A DNA stretch of 64,000 nt from an uncultured Trueperaceae bacterium (lineage in GTDB: Bacteria; Deinococcota; Deinococci; Deinococcales; Trueperaceae): contig CAWFFU010000003.1 in assembly GCA_963815215.1 (NCBI GenBank), forward strand, positions 32,001 through 96,000, in the 5' to 3' direction. The stretch's first letter is position 1; each line of letters begins with the position of its first letter. Below the pieces are notes generated by a model. It saw only the letters and a program-made list of their open reading frames with translations, was not told where the DNA came from and ran no database searches. Both the position numbers and the translations under genes were made by a program. Below, piece by piece: positions 62,385-64,000 of this stretch.

Positions 62385-63104
62385 TCAGCGGGTGGAGGTC
62401 GCCCGGCGGCCCGTCGGCGCGGGGGCCGCGCGCGCGCCGGGGCCGGTCAGCGCGCGGACGTTCCAGCGCCAGCCAGACGCCGTGCGGCGGAAGAGCGGCC
62501 AAACCACCAGCAACGCCCGTCCCTCGATCGAGGTGGACGGGACCGGGCCGAAACTGCGCGAGTCGAACGACGCCGTCGGGCGGCGGTTATCTCCCATGAC
62601 ATAGACGTGGCCGCGCGGTACGCGCGTCGCCCGCACGCTGCCGAGCCCGTGGAAGGCTCCGACCAGGTAGGGCTCCGGGCGCGTCCGGCCGTCGACGTAG
62701 AGCACGCCCGCGCGCATGCCGACGCGCTGACCGGGGCCTGCGACGATCCGTTTGATCAGCAGGTGCCGGCTCACAAGCCCGCTCAGGCCCGTGGTCGCGC
62801 GGGTTGGATCGGGGAAGAACACGATGTCCCCGGAGGCGAACGGCTGCCCCCCGAGGCGCTGCAGCCAGGCGCCGGTTCGTACCACCAGAACGCGTTCGTC
62901 GTTGTGGAGGGTAGGCTCCATGGAGTGCCCGTGGACCACCACCACGCCCGCCACGAAGACGCTGAACAGCAGCCCCAACAGGACCGAGGCCAGCCACAGC
63001 GTGAGCCAGCGCGAGGCCGCCGGGCGCGTCACACCCTGCGGCGAAGGCGAGGTTAGGGCTACGGGGTCGTTGCCGGCTCGCGGGTCGTTCTTCGCTCGAC
63101 TCAC
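62385..63104 (-). CDS. lepB: Signal peptidase I
   Basis: SMEPTL, IKRIV, MGDNR, DSRSFG. Confidence 0.92.
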   Translation of the reverse strand: MSRAKNDPRAGNDPVALTSPSPQGVTRPAASRWLTLWLASVLLGLLFSVFVAGVVVVHGHSMEPTLHNDERVLVVRTGAWLQRLGGQPFASGDIVFFPDPTRATTGLSGLVSRHLLIKRIVAGPGQRVGMRAGVLYVDGRTRPEPYLVGAFHGLGSVRATRVPRGHVYVMGDNRRPTASFDSRSFGPVPSTSIEGRALLVVWPLFRRTASGWRWNVRALTGPGARAAPAPTGRRATSTR

Positions 63105-63159
63105 GGCGAGCAGTCTAACGCCGTGCTGGAGCCGGGTCTGCAGCCTGGGAGCCCTTCGG

Positions 63160-63999
63160 TCAGCGGCCTTCGCGCAGGCCGGGGCGGCGCGGCGCCCTCA
63201 CCGTGCGCGCGGGTATGCCGGGACGGGTCGGCGCGAGAAGAGGATCCAGCCCTCCCGCCGCTTCGAGGGCACGCTCGGCCGTCTCCTCGCCGTAGCGCAC
63301 GATGGCGCGGAACTCGCGGAAGGACTCCACCCGCACCTCGGGCATGTCGAGCCGGATGCGCAGGTCGGCGGGGTGCAAGCTGTACTGGATGTCGACCAGG
63401 ATGGACTGCGTGATGTCGCTGGTGCGGAACAGCATCTGTGCCATGGGCGTTCGGCGCTCGAGCCGCACGGTCTGCACCATGCGTTCCCACCAGGTGCCGT
63501 CGGAGGAGGCCGAGGCGTAGACGGAGCGCCGTGGCGAGGTCGCGTCCGAGGCGATGCAGCGCGTGGCCCCGAGCACGATGGCGGCCGCTACCGGCAGGTT
63601 GTTGACGATGCCGCCGTCGGCCAGCGTGCGGCCCTCGAGCTGGATCGGCTCGAATGCGCCCGGGAAGCTGCTCGAGGCGCGCACGGCGCGGATCAGGTTG
63701 CCTTCGGTGTGGACCACGCCCTCGCCCGTCTCGATGTCGGTGGTGGTCACGGCGAGCGGAACGTCGAGTTCGGCGAAGGTCGCGGGCAGGTGATCGGCGA
63801 GGAACGCCTCGAGCCGATCGCCCTTGAACAGGCCGGTCTGCAACGAGAGATCGACGACCTCGCGCCAGCTGGTGGTGTCGGCGAGCTTGAACAGGTCGTC
63901 GGCACGCCGACCGCTGGCGTAGAACGCGCCCAGGATGGCACCCATCGAAGTCCCGGCGATGACGTCGAAGCGGGCGCCCGCGCGTTCGAGGACCCGGAG
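63160..63999 (-). CDS. Patatin-like phospholipase (5'-truncated by window edge)
   Basis: GTSMG, ASSSFPG, DGG motifs. Confidence 0.9.
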   Translation of the reverse strand, partial: LRVLERAGARFDVIAGTSMGAILGAFYASGRRADDLFKLADTTSWREVVDLSLQTGLFKGDRLEAFLADHLPATFAELDVPLAVTTTDIETGEGVVHTEGNLIRAVRASSSFPGAFEPIQLEGRTLADGGIVNNLPVAAAIVLGATRCIASDATSPRRSVYASASSDGTWWERMVQTVRLERRTPMAQMLFRTSDITQSILVDIQYSLHPADLRIRLDMPEVRVESFREFRAIVRYGEETAERALEAAGGLDPLLAPTRPGIPARTVRAPRRPGLREGR

Positions 64000-64000
64000 C

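Overview
A very GC-rich chromosomal segment from a Deinococcus-Thermus (Deinococcota) bacterium, Truepera/Deinococcales-like. The assignment is inferred from protein families and from pervasive leaderless TAnnnT-N6/7-ATG/GTG gene starts. The window is densely coding (about 66 genes) and mostly housekeeping: translation (infC-rpmI-rplT, prfB with its +1 frameshift, def, fmt, der, typA, truD), MEP isoprenoid synthesis (ispG, dxr), futalosine-route menaquinone genes (mqnD, UbiA/MqnP-like, menG), B12 use (PduO-type adenosyltransferase, split acyl-CoA mutase), c-di-AMP synthesis (cdaA-cdaR), envelope proteins, glgP and pgl. I saw no rRNA, tRNA, CRISPR array, transposase, integrase or defence island. 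The most interesting signals are small and regulatory. (1) A leaderless 10-aa leader peptide fused to a terminator/antiterminator sits upstream of a C4 zinc-ribbon gene. (2) A Trp/Arg-rich leaderless uORF is coupled to a PEGA protein. (3) infC has an ATA start plus a mini-uORF. (4) An SD-sequestering hairpin precedes ricT. (5) A possible CarH/LitR-type operator lies at a fasciclin gene. (6) The apparent methylmalonyl-CoA mutase has active-site residues that point to isobutyryl-CoA mutase. All calls come from reading motifs by eye; no database searches were run.
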